DNA of 64,000 bases from Octopus bimaculoides. Taxonomy: Eukaryota. The translations under genes and the position numbers were made by a program. The stretch is from NCBI RefSeq assembly GCF_001194135.2, contig NC_068982.1, positions 75,435,957 through 75,499,956 of the forward strand, written 5' to 3'. Position 1 is the first letter of the stretch; each line of letters begins with the position of its first letter. Shown one piece after another: positions 11,565 through 25,920 of this stretch. The notes under the pieces were generated by a model. It had not been told where the DNA came from and made no database searches. It saw only the letters and a program-made list of their open reading frames with translations.

Positions 11565-13089
11565 AGCTAGCTAGCGATGGATGGATGGATAGATAGATAG
11601 ACAGATGATTAGACAGCTTAGCTAGATAGGTAACTAGATACACAGCTAGTTATCAATCTAACCATCTATCATAGCTAGATAGATGATTGAATACATGGTC
11701 AGCTCGATAGGTGATTAGCTAGAGAGATAGATAGATGGCTAGATAGATAGAAGGCTAGACACATAGATAGATAGATAGACACGTAGATGGATAGATAGAT
11801 AGATAGATAGATAGACAGACAACTGGCTAGAGAGACAGGTGGAAAGATGAGTACACAAGAAAATAATAGATGAATACAAAATAAAATACACAGGAAAATT
11901 GATAGGCTGATAGACTGAGGGAAGGATAGATATGCTGAACAAACTGATAAATGAGAAAGAATTGACCGAATGATTAAGGTGTTGGACAAAATGCTAAGCA
12001 ATGTTTCTTCTGGCTAAGTTCAAGTCCTGGCAAGGTCAAATTTGCTTTTTCAACCTTTTGGGTCCAACAAAATAAAGTATCAGTCAAATTTTGGGACCAA
12101 TTTAAAAACTTACCCCTCTCCTTAAAAACTGCTGGCCTTGTACCAAGGTATTTATTATTATTATTATTATTATCATCATCATTATCATCATCATCATCAT
12201 TATCATCATCATCATCATTATTATGTGTGTGTGTTAAAAATATATAAATATGCATACACATACAACCACATAAATAGAGTGAGAAAGAGACAGGATGAAA
12301 AGTAGCTGATTTGAGAGAGAGAGGGAGGGAGAGAGAGAAAGAAAGAGAGAGACAGTAAATGAGAGGAAGAGACAGAGAGTGTAGTATATTTTGCAGTCCA
12401 TGCATGTCTTACTGTACTGCCAGAAACAAACGTTTGCTGCATCTGGAAATGGCGCTAATGCAATAAAACAAACTGCTTGACGTAAGAGCAACAAGTTAAG
12501 TTTCATTGCATGACTGCACACAATCACGCATTCACTCACAAACACACACACAGACAAATATACAAATACATTCAAATACATATGCTAACAGAATGAAACA
12601 CCCATTCACACAAACACACACATCAGTATACATGCATAGTAATGCAGAGATATTCAAGCATAAAACCATATGACTCTGCATACCAAAACACATACATGCC
12701 AGTTCGTATTTGTACACATTTTGATACACGCACACACACACACACACACCAGAACTACAGACACATGCGTGTGTGTTTGAGTGAGTCCAACTAATACCAG
12801 CATGGAATGTGGATGTAAAATGACAAAAAAGAAATGCACACAGACATTTGTACATCCATTCACAAACACACACATTCATTCATAGATAGCAACATGAATG
12901 TACTACATGTGCCCACATTTACACACAAGCACCCATCCATGCACAAATGTCTATAGATATCCACCCACACTTCTGCACACATATTAATGCAGACAAACAT
13001 GTGCACTAATACACACTTAAGCACGCACGTCAATGTCACTAAACACACACACAGTTTTCAAAATAGCGAAAACATCATGAAACACATCA

Positions 13090-13108
13090 TGATTAGGAAT
13101 AAAAAAGC

Positions 13109-13190
<82 letters not shown>

Positions 13191-13630
13191 AAGAAAGAGA
13201 GAGAGAGAGAAAGAGAGGTGGGGACTGGAGTACATGAGAGAAGAAAGCATAAAAGTCAAACAACAGGGGCAAGGAAGAAATATATGAAAATTAAAAGACA
13301 GATGAAATTATATATATATAAATATACATATAAATATACATAATATATATAAATACACACACATATACACCACACATATATATACACACATATATACACC
13401 ACACATATACACCACACATACATATACACACATATACACCACACATACATATACACACACATATACACCACACATACATATACACACACATATACTCAGA
13501 CACACATATATACATATATACACACACACACACACACACATATATATACACACACATATATATATATACATATACACACACACACATATATATATACACA
13601 TTTACACACCCACACACACACACATATATA
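13090..13630. repeat. (GA)n tract and compound TA/CA minisatellite
   Basis: Direct reading; source of several spurious ORFs. Confidence 0.9.
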
Positions 13631-13631
13631 A

Positions 13632-14612
13632 CTGGGGAAATTGGAGAGTGGTTACAGCCAACGGAGTCCTCTCCACGGAGACATTAATAGAAAGTGGAGT
13701 GCCTCAGGGAACTGTATTGAGGTCACTACTGTGGCTCTTTCAGACATGCCACCAGTTACACAGATAGCCACACTTACTAGCTATGCCAACAACACAAAAG
13801 TAGTACAAGCAGTCAAGGAACTTTCTGATGCTAATCTTCTACAGAAAGACCTGGCTAGCTAATTGGTGCTCAGAAGTCACAACAATGATACTTGGGACCA
13901 AAAGGAGCGTCAATCCTAGAATCACATACGGTGCATGATCTTGAGATTGATATGAGCAAGGATGCTTCATTTCACATGCATGTCACCAAGATGGTGGCAG
14001 TGTGCAGGCGAATGGCCAGATGGATTCTGATAACCTTCAGAACAAGGGAACAGGAAACTAAGCTGGTCCTATGGAGGACATTTGTCCTGAGCCGTCTGGA
14101 CTACTGCTCTCAACTGTGGTCGTCACCTCACACTGTAGGATTAACAGAACTTAAAGCGGTTCAGTGATACTACATGAGGAAGATTGCATCAATGGAACAG
14201 CTGAACTACTGGGAGACTGAAAGAGCTATGACTCTACTCACTGGAGCGAAGACAGGTGAGGTATGCAGTGATATATGTATGGAAGATATTGGAGGGGCTG
14301 GCACCAAACTTTCGAATTGAGAGTTATACCAGACCTCGAAATGGACATCACTGCACTGTTCCAAGAGTCTCAGCTGTCTCATCTAAGGTGAGGGCCATGT
14401 ACTGCAATAGCTTGAGTTCCAAGGGCCCACAGCTATTTAACTCCTTGCCAAAACATCTGAAGGATCACCATGGAGTGGGAGCAGATGTTTTCAAGAAACA
14501 GCTTGACCTCTTTCCATCCAAGATCCCAGATGAACCAATATTAAGGCAGGAAACTCAAAAGAGGGCAGCAGTATCGAACTCCTTCCTTCACCAAAAGCTA
14601 ATCCAATAGAAT
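13632..14612 (+). mobile_element. CR1-group LINE 3' remnant (late RT to C-terminus)
   Basis: SYANNTKV (decayed YADDTK), RRMARWILITFRTRE..LWRTFVLSRLDYCSQLWS, RYAVIYVWKILEGLAPN...GPQLFNSLP; stops and frameshifts. Confidence 0.85.
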
Positions 14613-14619
14613 TGGCCAA

Positions 14620-15112
14620 TTAAAAGGTGATTACACTGGCAGTACCCCAGCATTCATTCTCTTCATTTAGCAACCTTTCAAAGTAGTATCTCCAAGTCTC
14701 TCTCCTTGCAGCCTCATTAAATGCAAATGAGCCATCATCCATGTGGACACATTTCTCTCCTATGACATCACAATTCTCTCTCAAACACTGTCTTGCAACA
14801 TGAAACACTTCAAGTCTTTGGTCTTCACAACGCAGAACATTGGCAAAGTTTTTCTTATCTGCTTCCCCTCTGGCTAAGTAAACCTGTCTCTTAGCTTCCC
14901 TTCTGGCAATCTGATACAATTCCCTGCTTACACCATTCTTCTGGTCCTCCCATGCCTGTTTCTTTTCCCTAATGGCCCTGAGCGCAGATCTGGTGAGAAG
15001 CCCTCAACAGGTTGTCCCATAGAAACCTCCAGTTGTCTTCCACATCATGTGATGCTATATCCCCCTCTATTTCGTCAAAAACTTCAAGTAATATGTCTCT
15101 AAATCTGTCCAC
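14620..15112 (-). mobile_element. RTE LINE fragment (linker between endonuclease and RT)
   Basis: VEDNWRFLWDNLLRASHQIC and YQIARREAKRQV...RENCDVIGEKCV..DG...ETWRYYFERLLNEENE. Confidence 0.75.
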
Positions 15113-15189
15113 AAATATACATATACACACACACATATATATATATATATACATACATACACACACGCACATATACACATGTATACAAT

Positions 15190-15412
15190 GGCGGCGAGCT
15201 GGCAGAAACGTTAGCACGCAGGGCGAAATGCTTAGTGGTATTTCGTCTGCTGCTACGTTCTGAGTTCAAATTCTGTCGAGGTCAACTTTGCCTTTCATCC
15301 TTTCGGGGTCGATTAAATAAGTACCAGTTACACACTGGGATCGACTTAATCCGTTTGTCTGTCCTTGTTTGTCCTCTCTGTGTGTAGCCCCTTGTGGGTA
15401 GTAAAGAAATAA
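15190..15412 (+). mobile_element. SINE family B
   Basis: Highly similar to 10630-10860 and 44372-44598. Confidence 0.88.
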
Positions 15413-15446
15413 CACGTGTATAGACACACACATACATATACACACA

Positions 15447-15484
<38 letters not shown>

Positions 15485-16030
15485 CACATAAATATATAAA
15501 GATATATATATACACACACAAAACATTTTTACCAACCTCCTGTTTTGATATATATNNNNNNNNNNNNNNNNNNNNNNNNNNNNNNNNNNNNNNNNNNNNN
15601 NNNNNNNNNNNNNNNNNNNNNNNNNNNNNNNNNNNNNNNNNNNNNNNNNNNNNNNNNNNNNNNNNNNNNNNNNNNNNNNNNNNNNNNNNNNNNNNNNNNN
15701 NNNNNNNNNNNNNNNNNNNNNNNNNNNNNNNNNNNNNNNNNNNNNNNNNNNNNNNNNNNNNNNNNNNNNNNNNNNNNNNNNNNNNNNNNNNNNNNNNNNN
15801 NNNNNNNNNNNNNNNNNNNNNNNNNNNNNNNNNNNNNNNNNNNNNNNNNNNNNNNNNNNNNNNNNNNNNNNNNNNNNNNNNNNNNNNNNNNNNNNNNNNN
15901 NNNNNNNNNNNNNNNNNNNNNNNNNNNNNNNNNNNNNNNNNNNNNNNNNNNNNNNNNNNNNNNNNNNNNNNNNNNNNNNNNNNNNNNNNNNNNNNNNNNN
16001 NNNNNNNNNNNNNNNNNNNNNNNNNNNNNN

Positions 16031-16290
16031 GCAGGAGATGGTGGCGAACCCTGCTGTACTCTTTCACCACAACTTTCTCTCACTCTTACTTCCTGTTTCT
16101 GTTGTGCCTGTAATTCAAAGGGTCAGCCTTGTCACACTGTGTCACGTTGAATATTCCCGAGAACTACGCTAAGGGTACACATGTCTGTGGAGTGCTCAGC
16201 CACTTGCACGTTAATTTCACGAGCAGGCTGTTCCGTTGATCAGATCAACTGGAACCCTCGTCGTCGTAACCGACGGAGTGCCAACAACAA
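16031..16290 (+). mobile_element. Second copy of the 1471-1853 SINE family (head lost in N-gap); a diverged third copy lies at about 47560-47740
   Basis: Reverse complement of 1471-1730 with few differences. Confidence 0.85.
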
Positions 16291-16299
16291 CATATATAT

Positions 16300-16330
<31 letters not shown>

Positions 16331-18444
16331 TTAGGTGCACATGTAGCTGCATGCTAAGGAGTTTGCTTTCTAATCACATGATTTCAGGGTCAGCTCCATT
16401 GCATTGCACCTTGGTCAAGTGTCTTCTGCTATAACTTTGGGCTGACTAAAGCCTTGTGAATGGATTTGGTGGATGCAAACTGAAGGAAGCTCATTGTTTA
16501 TGTGTATACATGTGTTTGTTAATGTGTTACTGCAATGCAAGCAATTTCCTTTGTTTCCAGTGCTCCAAGACGTGTCTGGCCACTGGTCATAGGGAAATAT
16601 TACCTTACTTAGAAACAATTGAGAGTTGGCAACAAGAAGGGAATTCAACTAGAGAATTCACTTCAATAAATTTCATCCAACCGATGCAAGCATGGAAAAA
16701 ATGGATGTTAAAATGATGATAAGGATATATATATAATCATCTAATGTCCATCTTCCATGCTGGCATGAGTCGGACTATGTGATAAGATTTGACGAGCAGA
16801 GTTCATCAAATTCCAAGTGTTTATTTTATGTTTGTGTAAGTATTATAAACATATGCATATACACGTTTTCTTTTGTTCTTAGTGGGTATCCAACTGTGAA
16901 ACCCAGCAAGCACTATTAGCTATAAATATGATGGTCTTTTGCATCTCATCACTAAAATCTTTATTTGTTTCAAGCTATTCTTACCCACTCTTACATACTG
17001 TGGGGTGGTAATAACCTTCAGTGTGGTTGAGCAACTAATCCCAACCAGTCGGGATTTGCATTACAGGTTGTAGTATTCATCTTTTTGGTCAATGAATGCA
17101 AAAGGTGGCTCACAAGACCTCCATCTGGATGATTTTCCTGAGTCACCATCTCCCCCTTGTATGCCAATCTGTCAAGGTTACCCATTTACAGCTGAGTGGA
17201 CTGGAGCAATGTGATATGAAGTGTTTTGCTCAAGAACACAAAACACAACTTGTCAGTGAATTGAAACCATGATCTTACAATTGCAAGTGCAACACCCTAG
17301 CAACTAGGCTATGCGCCTTCACAATGTGGGGTAGCCGTGTATCTCCTCTCTAGCAAAGAATACCTGTGCCTGTCCCTCTCTTATATTTTAACTTCTCTTC
17401 ACTAGGCATAAAGTCACTCCCTCTCTACTACAACTCCATTTAGTTGAGAGGACTTCTTTGTGTTGTAAGTTACTTGGTGACCTCACTAGAGCTGGTGTCA
17501 TGAAAAAAAAAAACACCCATAAAACTCTGTTAGGGCAACCGGTTACAGAAATGATCCTGAAGCAGATACTGGAGCTTGCTGCAGTCCTCTAGTTCATTGG
17601 ATCCTATCAAATCATCCAACCCATGCCAGCATAAAAGACAGATGTTAAATAAAGACAATGACGATAATGTTTTTTATATATAATTATATATGAAGACAAT
17701 CAAATATCAAATTGAAAAATCACTACCTTTTAGCAGAACAAATTTGTTATATTTTTACAAAGTTAAGTTCAACAGATATTTCAGTTCTGTGACCTCCACT
17801 TCATTGAACTGCCTGACGAAGGTTACAAAGCCAAAAATTGAACTAACTGTCAACCTTTTTCTCATGAAAAAAAAATACAAAATATTTAGAAAATACAAAT
17901 TTAAAAAATGTATTTTTGAAAAATAATTACCAAAATGTTCAATGAGTCTGAATATATTATTTGAAATTATAATGAAACTAGACCAAAAATATAATACAGT
18001 GAATATAACAAATTACCCGGATATAAATTTAGATTTCTCACACACATATGTACTTAAAAACTAAACACATACACGTGCACACACATGCATGTACACACAC
18101 ACACGCACACACACATACATACATAATTATTAACCATGCATCATCAAAACAAAGTAAAATTTGAAACAATTTTCTCAATATACTCTGATTGTTAATCGCA
18201 ACAAACAGGCAATATGATTCTTTTCTGGGAACTGAGTATATGTGAATGCACACATATTTCACACTCAATGCACAAAAGAAATTAACATGTGAACAAATAA
18301 TTAATGTTTCACAAAAAGTTAGTGACCTAAATTAGTTAATGTACTAATTAATAATTATATAAAGAATTTAACACAACACAAAATTTTTGTGAACGGTGAC
18401 TTCCAAAAATTAGAAGGAATATTGCTGCATGTGTGTACGAGTCT

Positions 18445-18713
18445 AAGTTGGGCAATTGTGCTAATGAAAGGCTATTGAGACAACAGAAACATGTCTACAA
18501 ATGCCCACTTATCTCCAGACAATCAGCCTATCCTTTTCCCTAATGGCATGTCAATTTTGGAGAATCCTTGAATCTCTGGATAAGGTTGGGCAATTGTGCT
18601 AATGAAAGCTACTGAGACAACAGAAACATGTCTACAAGTGCCCACTTATCTCCAGACAATAAGCCTATCCTTTTCCCTAATGGCATGTCAATTTTGGAGA
18701 ATCCTTGAATCTC
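18445..18713. repeat. Direct tandem duplication, 138-bp period, 2 copies
   Basis: gttgggcaattgtgctaatg...ggagaatccttgaatctc at 18447-18576 and 18585-18713, with only a few differences. Confidence 0.92.
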
Positions 18714-18918
18714 AAGATTATTTCCCATCCCCAAGTAGAGTTGATCTTAATTGCCATTTGTTATTTGTGTAATATCCTCTAGAAGTAAAGATAATTTCAA
18801 TATATCAAGAATTTATGTTGTATGGTATTTGATGTACCTATATTTGTCCAAATACCACTGGCCACTCAGAGTTATTTCTCTTAACTCATTTTTGTTTAAA
18901 TTCTAAACACACATACAT

Positions 18919-19314
18919 TCTTTTGTTCACCTCAATCATTAGAGTGTGGTCATGCTGGGGCACTGCCTTGAAGAATTTCAGTCAAATAAATCAACACCAG
19001 TACTTTTTATATTTTAAGCCTGGTACTTATTCGATCAATCTCTTTAGCCGAACTGGTAAGTTATGGGGATATAAACACACCAACATCAGCTGTCAAGTGG
19101 TAGTGGGGGGACAAACACAAAAACACACATAGATATATACACATACATACATATACACGATGGGCTTCTTTCAGTTTCTATCTACCAAATCCACTCACAA
19201 GGCTTTGGTCAGCCTGAGGCTATAGTAGAAGACACTCACCCAAGGTTCCACACAGTTGGACAGAACCTGAAACCATATGGTTGAGAAGCAAGCTTCTGAC
19301 CACACAGCCACTCC
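18919..19314 (-). mobile_element. SINE family A, full length
   Basis: Same head, body and tail modules as 2640-3016. Confidence 0.85.
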
Positions 19315-19404
19315 TTATATTTATTTTTAATGTTCAGTTGTTACTTTTGTTATATTTCCAAACAAATACATAAACGTAAATTTATTATTCCTATACAAGA
19401 ATGC

Positions 19405-19563
19405 TGTTGACAGTGACTATCTGGAAAGAGGTTTACTTCCCAACCAAATGGTTCTGGGTTCAGTCTCACTGTGTAACACCTTAGGCAAGAGTTTTCTACT
19501 ATGGCCTCAGTCTGACTAAAGCTTTGTGAATGAATTGGGTAGATGGAAACTGGAAAAAGCCTG

Positions 19564-19610
<47 letters not shown>

Positions 19611-19848
19611 TGCACGCACGCACATGCATGTGTGTGTGTCTTTGTGCTTGTGTTAGTGCTCCACCACTGCCTGGCAACTGGTGTTGGTGTGTTTATGTCC
19701 CTGTAACATAGCAGTTTGGCAAAAGAGATCAATAGACTAAGTATCAGGCTTTAAAAAAATAAGTACTGGGGTTGAATAATTTGACTAAAAATTCAAGGTA
19801 GTGCCCCAGCATGGCCACAATCTCATGACTGAAACAAGTAAAAGAGTA
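19405..19848 (+). mobile_element. SINE family A, full length with expanded internal (TG)n
   Basis: Degenerate head, body to ...aaactggaaaaagcc, (TG)n at about 19565-19640, tail ...gccccagcatggccacaatctcatgactgaaacaagtaaaag. Confidence 0.8.
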
Positions 19849-21719
19849 GTGGTTAGAGTGTTGTACTCATGATTGTAAGGTTGTGCTTCCAATTCCTGGA
19901 TTGGGTAGTGCATTGTTTTCTTGAGGAAAACACTTCATTTCAGAATGCTGCAGTTCACTGAGCTGGCAAAACTTGATAACTCTGCAATAGGCTGGCATCC
20001 TGTTCACTTATACACCATGGAAACTGGGTGATCAGTCTTATGAGTCCTAGCACTCAAGACAGTCATGTCTAGGGGGTTGAAGATGATGAAGAATCCATAT
20101 ATAAATAGTGTCCTTCTCCCCTCATCTTGGTGGAGGCAAGGTCAAATGCCAAAGTAGTTTACTTCACAGTCATGACATTCCCAGTTCAGTCCCATTGTGC
20201 AGGATTTTTGGCAAGTGTCTTTTGTCTTAGGGGTAGCCATGTATTCACCTCTTCAGCAAGAAATCTGCTCCTCCCCCTCTATAATACTTGCTTATCCCTC
20301 AGTACTATACTCCACTCAGTAGAGTGGGGGGGGGGGGAATTGACTTGTGAGTACTTGGTGATGTCACCAGTGCTAGTGAAGGCGACACGAAAAAAAGCAC
20401 CCAGCACACTCTGTGCTGGTTGGCATTAAAAAAGGTATCCAGCCATAGAAACCATGCCAAAATAGACATTAGAGCCCTCTGAAACATTTTTTCCCGTCAA
20501 ACCAGCCAACCTATACCAGCATGAAAAAAGGGGCATTAAATGATGATGATGATGATGGTGGTGGTGGTGATGATGATGATGATGATGATGAGGAGGAGGA
20601 GGAGGAAGAGGAGAAGATCCAAGTCTTTGTGGTGAAAGCAGAAGTTTGTTGGATAGAAAATATATCTCTTATTCATTACAGTCTGCTTTTCCACACACCT
20701 TGTCAGGCTGATTCTGCATATGGATAATACTGGGTTTCTAAAGACTAGAAACTTCAGGGGAAGGGCACAAGTTGATTACATTGATCCCAGTACTCAACTT
20801 GTACTTATTTTCTCAACTCCAAAACGATGAAAGGCAAAGTCAATCTTGACTGAATTTGACCTCAGAACATAAAGATGGACAAAGTGTTGCTAAGCATTTT
20901 GACATGTGAATAATATTAATGAATCATGTGTATGTGGAGTACTCAGCAACTTGCATGCTAACACAATGATTAGGGTGGCTCGTTTAGTTTTTGCTAATGA
21001 TACTACATTATTTAAGGACAGAATGACATGGAAGAGCAGTAACGTCATGCATACTTATTTATTTCTACTGAACATGTGGGATTCATGACTACCTGCAGGT
21101 GGCTACATAATATGTAGTTTTTATGTGAAACATACTATGACAATGTCTGGCTGACTACATCAGAAAATAGATATGGTTATTTGTACACATACAGACACAC
21201 ACACTCACACACAAGAGTGCATTTATATACAGATTTGTATAGTCACACAAACATATATATGCATACATACACATATACACACATATATATACTGTATATG
21301 TTTATACACATGTGCATGTATATGTACACATATATACATGTATCCGCAATGGGCCTCATTGAGGCAATGGCAAGTGACTGAGACCTTTCACGATATGTTG
21401 TGCTTGAGAAAATTTGTCAAGCCAAGTGAAATCATAGTCGTGGCTGTTGCCAGTATCATGTAAATGGCACCCATAGAATTGTAGTCTTGGCCGTTGCTTG
21501 TGTCATGTAAATGGCACCCATGCCAGTGGCATGTAAACAGCACCTGTTACACTCTCAGAGCGGTTGGCATTAGGAAGAGCATCCAGTCAGAAAAAACCAT
21601 GCCAAATCAGATCGGAACCTGGTGCAATTCTCCAGCTTACAAGTTCCAGTCAAACCGTCTAACCCATGCCAGCATGGAAAGCAGACGTTAAATGATGATG
21701 ATGATGATATACATATATA

Positions 21720-21770
<51 letters not shown>

Positions 21771-22559
21771 NNNNNNNNNNNNNNNNNNNNNNNNNNNNNN
21801 NATATATAGAAAGGCATGTAAAGGCATTTACATATGCCTATAGTTTTATATATATATATAAAACTATAAGTATATATATGAATACATATGACAGTGGGTG
21901 GGTCATGGGAGGGAATGAGAGAGTGGATACTTTCATCAGATTGTGGGGAAGGAGTAAATAGGTGAAATTAGAAGTTAATATAGTGAGTGATGAACAAGGG
22001 TGAGAATGTGGATGATGGGAAATACCAGTATATAGAGGGGATATAGGAATGGTTCAAGAACAAGGACAGAAAAGAAAGTATTGGGATGATGTGCAAGGTG
22101 TAGGAGCAGTGGAGAGGGAGGTATAGAGGCACATAAGGTGCTATAGTAAGAAGGATATGATGATAGATATAAGAGGGTATTGAGAATAATAGTAGATAAG
22201 AGATATGAAAGCATATTGAGAAAGAAAGCATATAAGAGAGGTGTTAAGAAAGAAGTATAGCAGAAGGGAGACAGAACAGAAGGCACAGAAAGAAATAGTG
22301 TAGGCAGGGATGATGTGGAATCGAAGTGGTTCTGGGAGGAGTGTGATTATTAGACAGGAGATGGGATGTAATATGTGCCAATCCTGCCCTCAGTTGAGTA
22401 GTACCAGAGATGGGGAGTGATGAAAATGATATATAGAAGAGAGGGGGGATGATTGACAGGAAAGAGAGAGATGGGAGGGGACGAAAGGGTCCTGAATGTA
22501 CATTTTTGCTGTAATAGAGGAAAGGTTTTCTGAAACCATCAATCATATTTAGCCCTTTG

Positions 22560-23940
22560 CCATCTCTTCTCAACATCTTCTGATCAGCCTTCAATGCTTT
22601 ATCCCATGTCTTTCTGAGCCTCCTTCTTCTACAAGTTCCATCCACTTTAATTGATTGGTACTTCTTTATGCAACTGTCCTCATCCATATGCATCACATGA
22701 ACAAACCAGTGCAGTCTTCTCTCTTGCATGCAAAATCTGATTCTTCTTGCACTTATCTTTTACCTCAATACATTTGCACTTCATCATACATGCACACTAA
22801 CATTGCACATCTAGCAGAGCATACTAGCTTCATTCCTCTCTAGTCTTTGCATGTCCTCTACATTCAGGGCCCACTCCTACCATGGAGCATGCCTTTCACT
22901 CAGAGAGAAAGACCTCTGGCTGCCAACAGAAGTAATAGCTTTCTGAACTTTCTCCTTTCTGTTCTTATTCTAATGACTACACTTTCAGAACATTCTCCTC
23001 CACTGCAAATTAGGCTGCTTAGGTAACAGAAACTATCTGCTACCTCTAGGGAGCCTCCAAGACATGAGAAAATCAATTTCTTATATGACCCCTGACTTTA
23101 TGGCACATATGCATCTTCCACATACAAAAACTAATTTCTCTGTTAACCTTCCTGCAATACCATTGTGCCTCCTGTATGTTCATAGCTTGCACTGGGTAAA
23201 CCATATGGAATTTCTGCCTACACCATTCCTACATATCGAGCAGGGCCATTTACTTGAAGTGGGTAGATTCCTATATTTTCCTACTTACTAGAACCTTGGT
23301 CTTTGCCAAGTTAACTTTAATGCCTCTCAATTCCAGATATTGCTGCCACACCTGGAATTTATTTTCTAATTGTATTATAGATTCTACCATGAAAATGACA
23401 TAATCAGTATATAGTAGTTCCCAAGGGCAGCCTGTCTTGAATTCTTGTTATGGCCCAGAGAACATTAATGAATAGGAGGAGTCTAAGAACTAAGCTCTGG
23501 TGACTGCCTACCTGTACATTACATTTGTCGCTGTACTCATGGCTAACTCTCACCTCTATATAGCTTGTACAGCTTTCACAAGCCATTCATTTTCCCCTAG
23601 CTTCCTTAGAGACCACCATATCCCAGAGTGAGGGAATTTGTTGCAGGCTTTTTGCAGGTCATAAATACCAAGTATAGCAGTTTATTCTTAGCTAAATACT
23701 TCTGCAGTTGTCTGACTAAAATAGCATCAATATTTATTTCTATATGGCACATACATATATGTATATCTATACAAATACAACTTGCATATGCATACATACA
23801 TGCACATACACCCATATACCTAGTCAGTAGACAAACCTCATTTTCTATTGGTTGCAAGAATGTCACTGGTTTCCTTTGATGTTCCACTAAATCACCAATG
23901 ACACGTGCCATTTGTAATCACATGTCTGTGTGTCTGTAGA
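22560..23940 (-). mobile_element. Heavily decayed RTE LINE (RT + C-terminus)
   Basis: VGSHQSLVLRLLLFINVLWAIT (compare GVHQESVLSPLLFIIVLQAIT) and QERRLHWFVHVMHMDEDSCIKK...RRRLRKTWD. Confidence 0.8.
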
Positions 23941-24019
23941 GATCTGCAGACATCAGTGGCAAGAAATGCAGGAGAATAGCATCTAGAATTATTTCTTTGC
24001 TTATACTCCTACTACAAAC

Positions 24020-24395
24020 AACTGCTGCCAATGAGAGAAACAGCTCCTATGTGGTTATGCAAACTGTTAGAAATAGCAGCCAGATTCTCTCTCTCTTTGC
24101 GTATCACATTCTGCCATCTTAAAAGAAAAATAGATCAGGTAGGCATGACTAGATTGCATTTGATCATACATCTGCTCACTTCTGCTACAGACTGCTACTG
24201 CCAATAAGAGAGACACAGCCTCTATGTGGTTATCAATCTGTTAGAAATAGCAGCAAAATTATCTCTCTGCATATCACATTCCGCTGGCTTGAAAGAAAGA
24301 TGAAAGATAGGGCTGGCATAGCTAGAATACATTTGATCATAAGGCTGTTTATTCCAGACTGACCTGGGGTTAAATAACAACACAACAACAATAAC
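24020..24395 (+). repeat. Two diverged tandem copies of an interspersed repeat (family D); relatives at about 660-840(-), 41755-41945(+), 48230-48420(-)
   Basis: Shared tagaaatagcagcca...tcacattc...catttgatcata modules and an (AAC)n end. Confidence 0.55.
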
Positions 24396-25279
24396 AAGGA
24401 TATTCATGTGCATGTGTGTGTGTGTGCATGCATGCATGCATGCACGCACGCACACATGCACACTTGATTGGACAAATGCTTGGTATTTATACCTGAAGAA
24501 TTATCAGCCTCTCTTAATAACAATTAACATACACAAAACATCATCACTGCCACCACTGCCATTATCACCACCACCATGCTGAAAGTTACTAATATTTTTA
24601 ACCACTAACATCAATATGATTACTATTATCTACATTGTTATCATCATCCTTTACCAAGATCATCATCTTCAGTAACCGTACAGCCACTATCAATCCTACA
24701 TCATAACCATTAACACCATTACTATAATTGCCATCATCACCACGATCAGTTGTCAAACATCTGGGGGATTTTTATTTAGTATGTAACTGATGTACCTGGC
24801 TGAGAATGTTACTGTTGGTTATACAAGTGAAGTCACTTTTCCCCCTCCTGATCCACTGTCTCTATCACCTCTCTTTCTCCTTGAGGGTTTACTCTGGCAT
24901 CCTATCACTACCATCTTCCTTTCTTTCAAGCTACTTCCACCCTTATATAATAATGTAAGGTAAGGTAACCATATATCTTCTCAATAGGAAAACATCTGTG
25001 CTTGTCTCTAGCACCTCTTCTCCCTCTGAAAACCTACCAACACTCAGTTGAAGGAACTTTTTCCTTTTTCTTGTTCCTTCCAATCTTGCAAGTTACTTGG
25101 TAACCTCACTAGTGCTGTTGACACATAAAAAGCATCCAGTTCACACTGTAAAATGGTTGGCATTAGGAAGGGTATCCGGCTGTAGAAACCCTGCCACAAC
25201 TGACACTGGAGCAAAATGCAGCCTTCGAGCCCTTGATCCTGTCCAATCATCTAATTCATGTCATCATGGAAAGCAGACA

Positions 25280-25500
25280 CACGAGGAGGTGCTGAAAAGA
25301 TCCTAGCTTTGGATAAATGAAAATACAGGAGGATCAGTTAATTATGATTTTAATCAACATATTCCCCTCTCAGATTCATACAATTATTGCAATAAGTCCT
25401 TCAGTTTTTCTAAGCCCTGTAAAAGAACTTGAACGGTTGGGCCTCCAATCAGGCCTGTTGCAATAGCTTTAAAGCCAGGAACTTTTGAGCACCCCACCCC
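25280..25500. mobile_element. About 215-bp mariner-type MITE, copy 1
   Basis: TIRs acgaggaggtgctgaaaagatcctagc / gccaggaacttttgagcacccc; homologous to 34846-35062 and 54168-54362. Confidence 0.75.
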
Positions 25501-25559
25501 ATAAAATGATATCTGTGAGTGCATGTGTTTGCCTGTATATGATTAACAGATTTTTTTAG

Positions 25560-25920
25560 GCATTGAATAGGCCAGGATGATTAGCGTGTCAGAGAGAATG
25601 AATCATGGTATTTATTTATGCGTTGGGTGCAGTCGAGCGAGAAACCAACAAAATTCTTTGTAACAACAAAGATGAAGTGAAGGCAAGGATTATGGCAACA
25701 TTCACAAACTTAATAAAGGAGACTGTCCAAAAGAGTTGCAAGAGATTCCAAAGTCATCTGGAGACCGTGGTTGAAGCCAATGGTGATTTTATTGAATAAA
25801 TTTACTCTTTAGTATTTCAAGATGTTTTAATGTAATTTTGGTAAATATATCTGTTAAAATGAGATGTCAGGGTTATTTGCATTTTTGTGTAATTTAGATG
25901 ACAATATATTCACTGCACCT
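25560..25920 (+). mobile_element. Tc1/mariner-superfamily transposase C-terminal fragment
   Basis: GAVERETNK..NNKDEVKARI...SCKRFQSHLETVVEANGDFIE* is a typical Tc1/mariner (maT-like) C-terminus. Confidence 0.7.
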
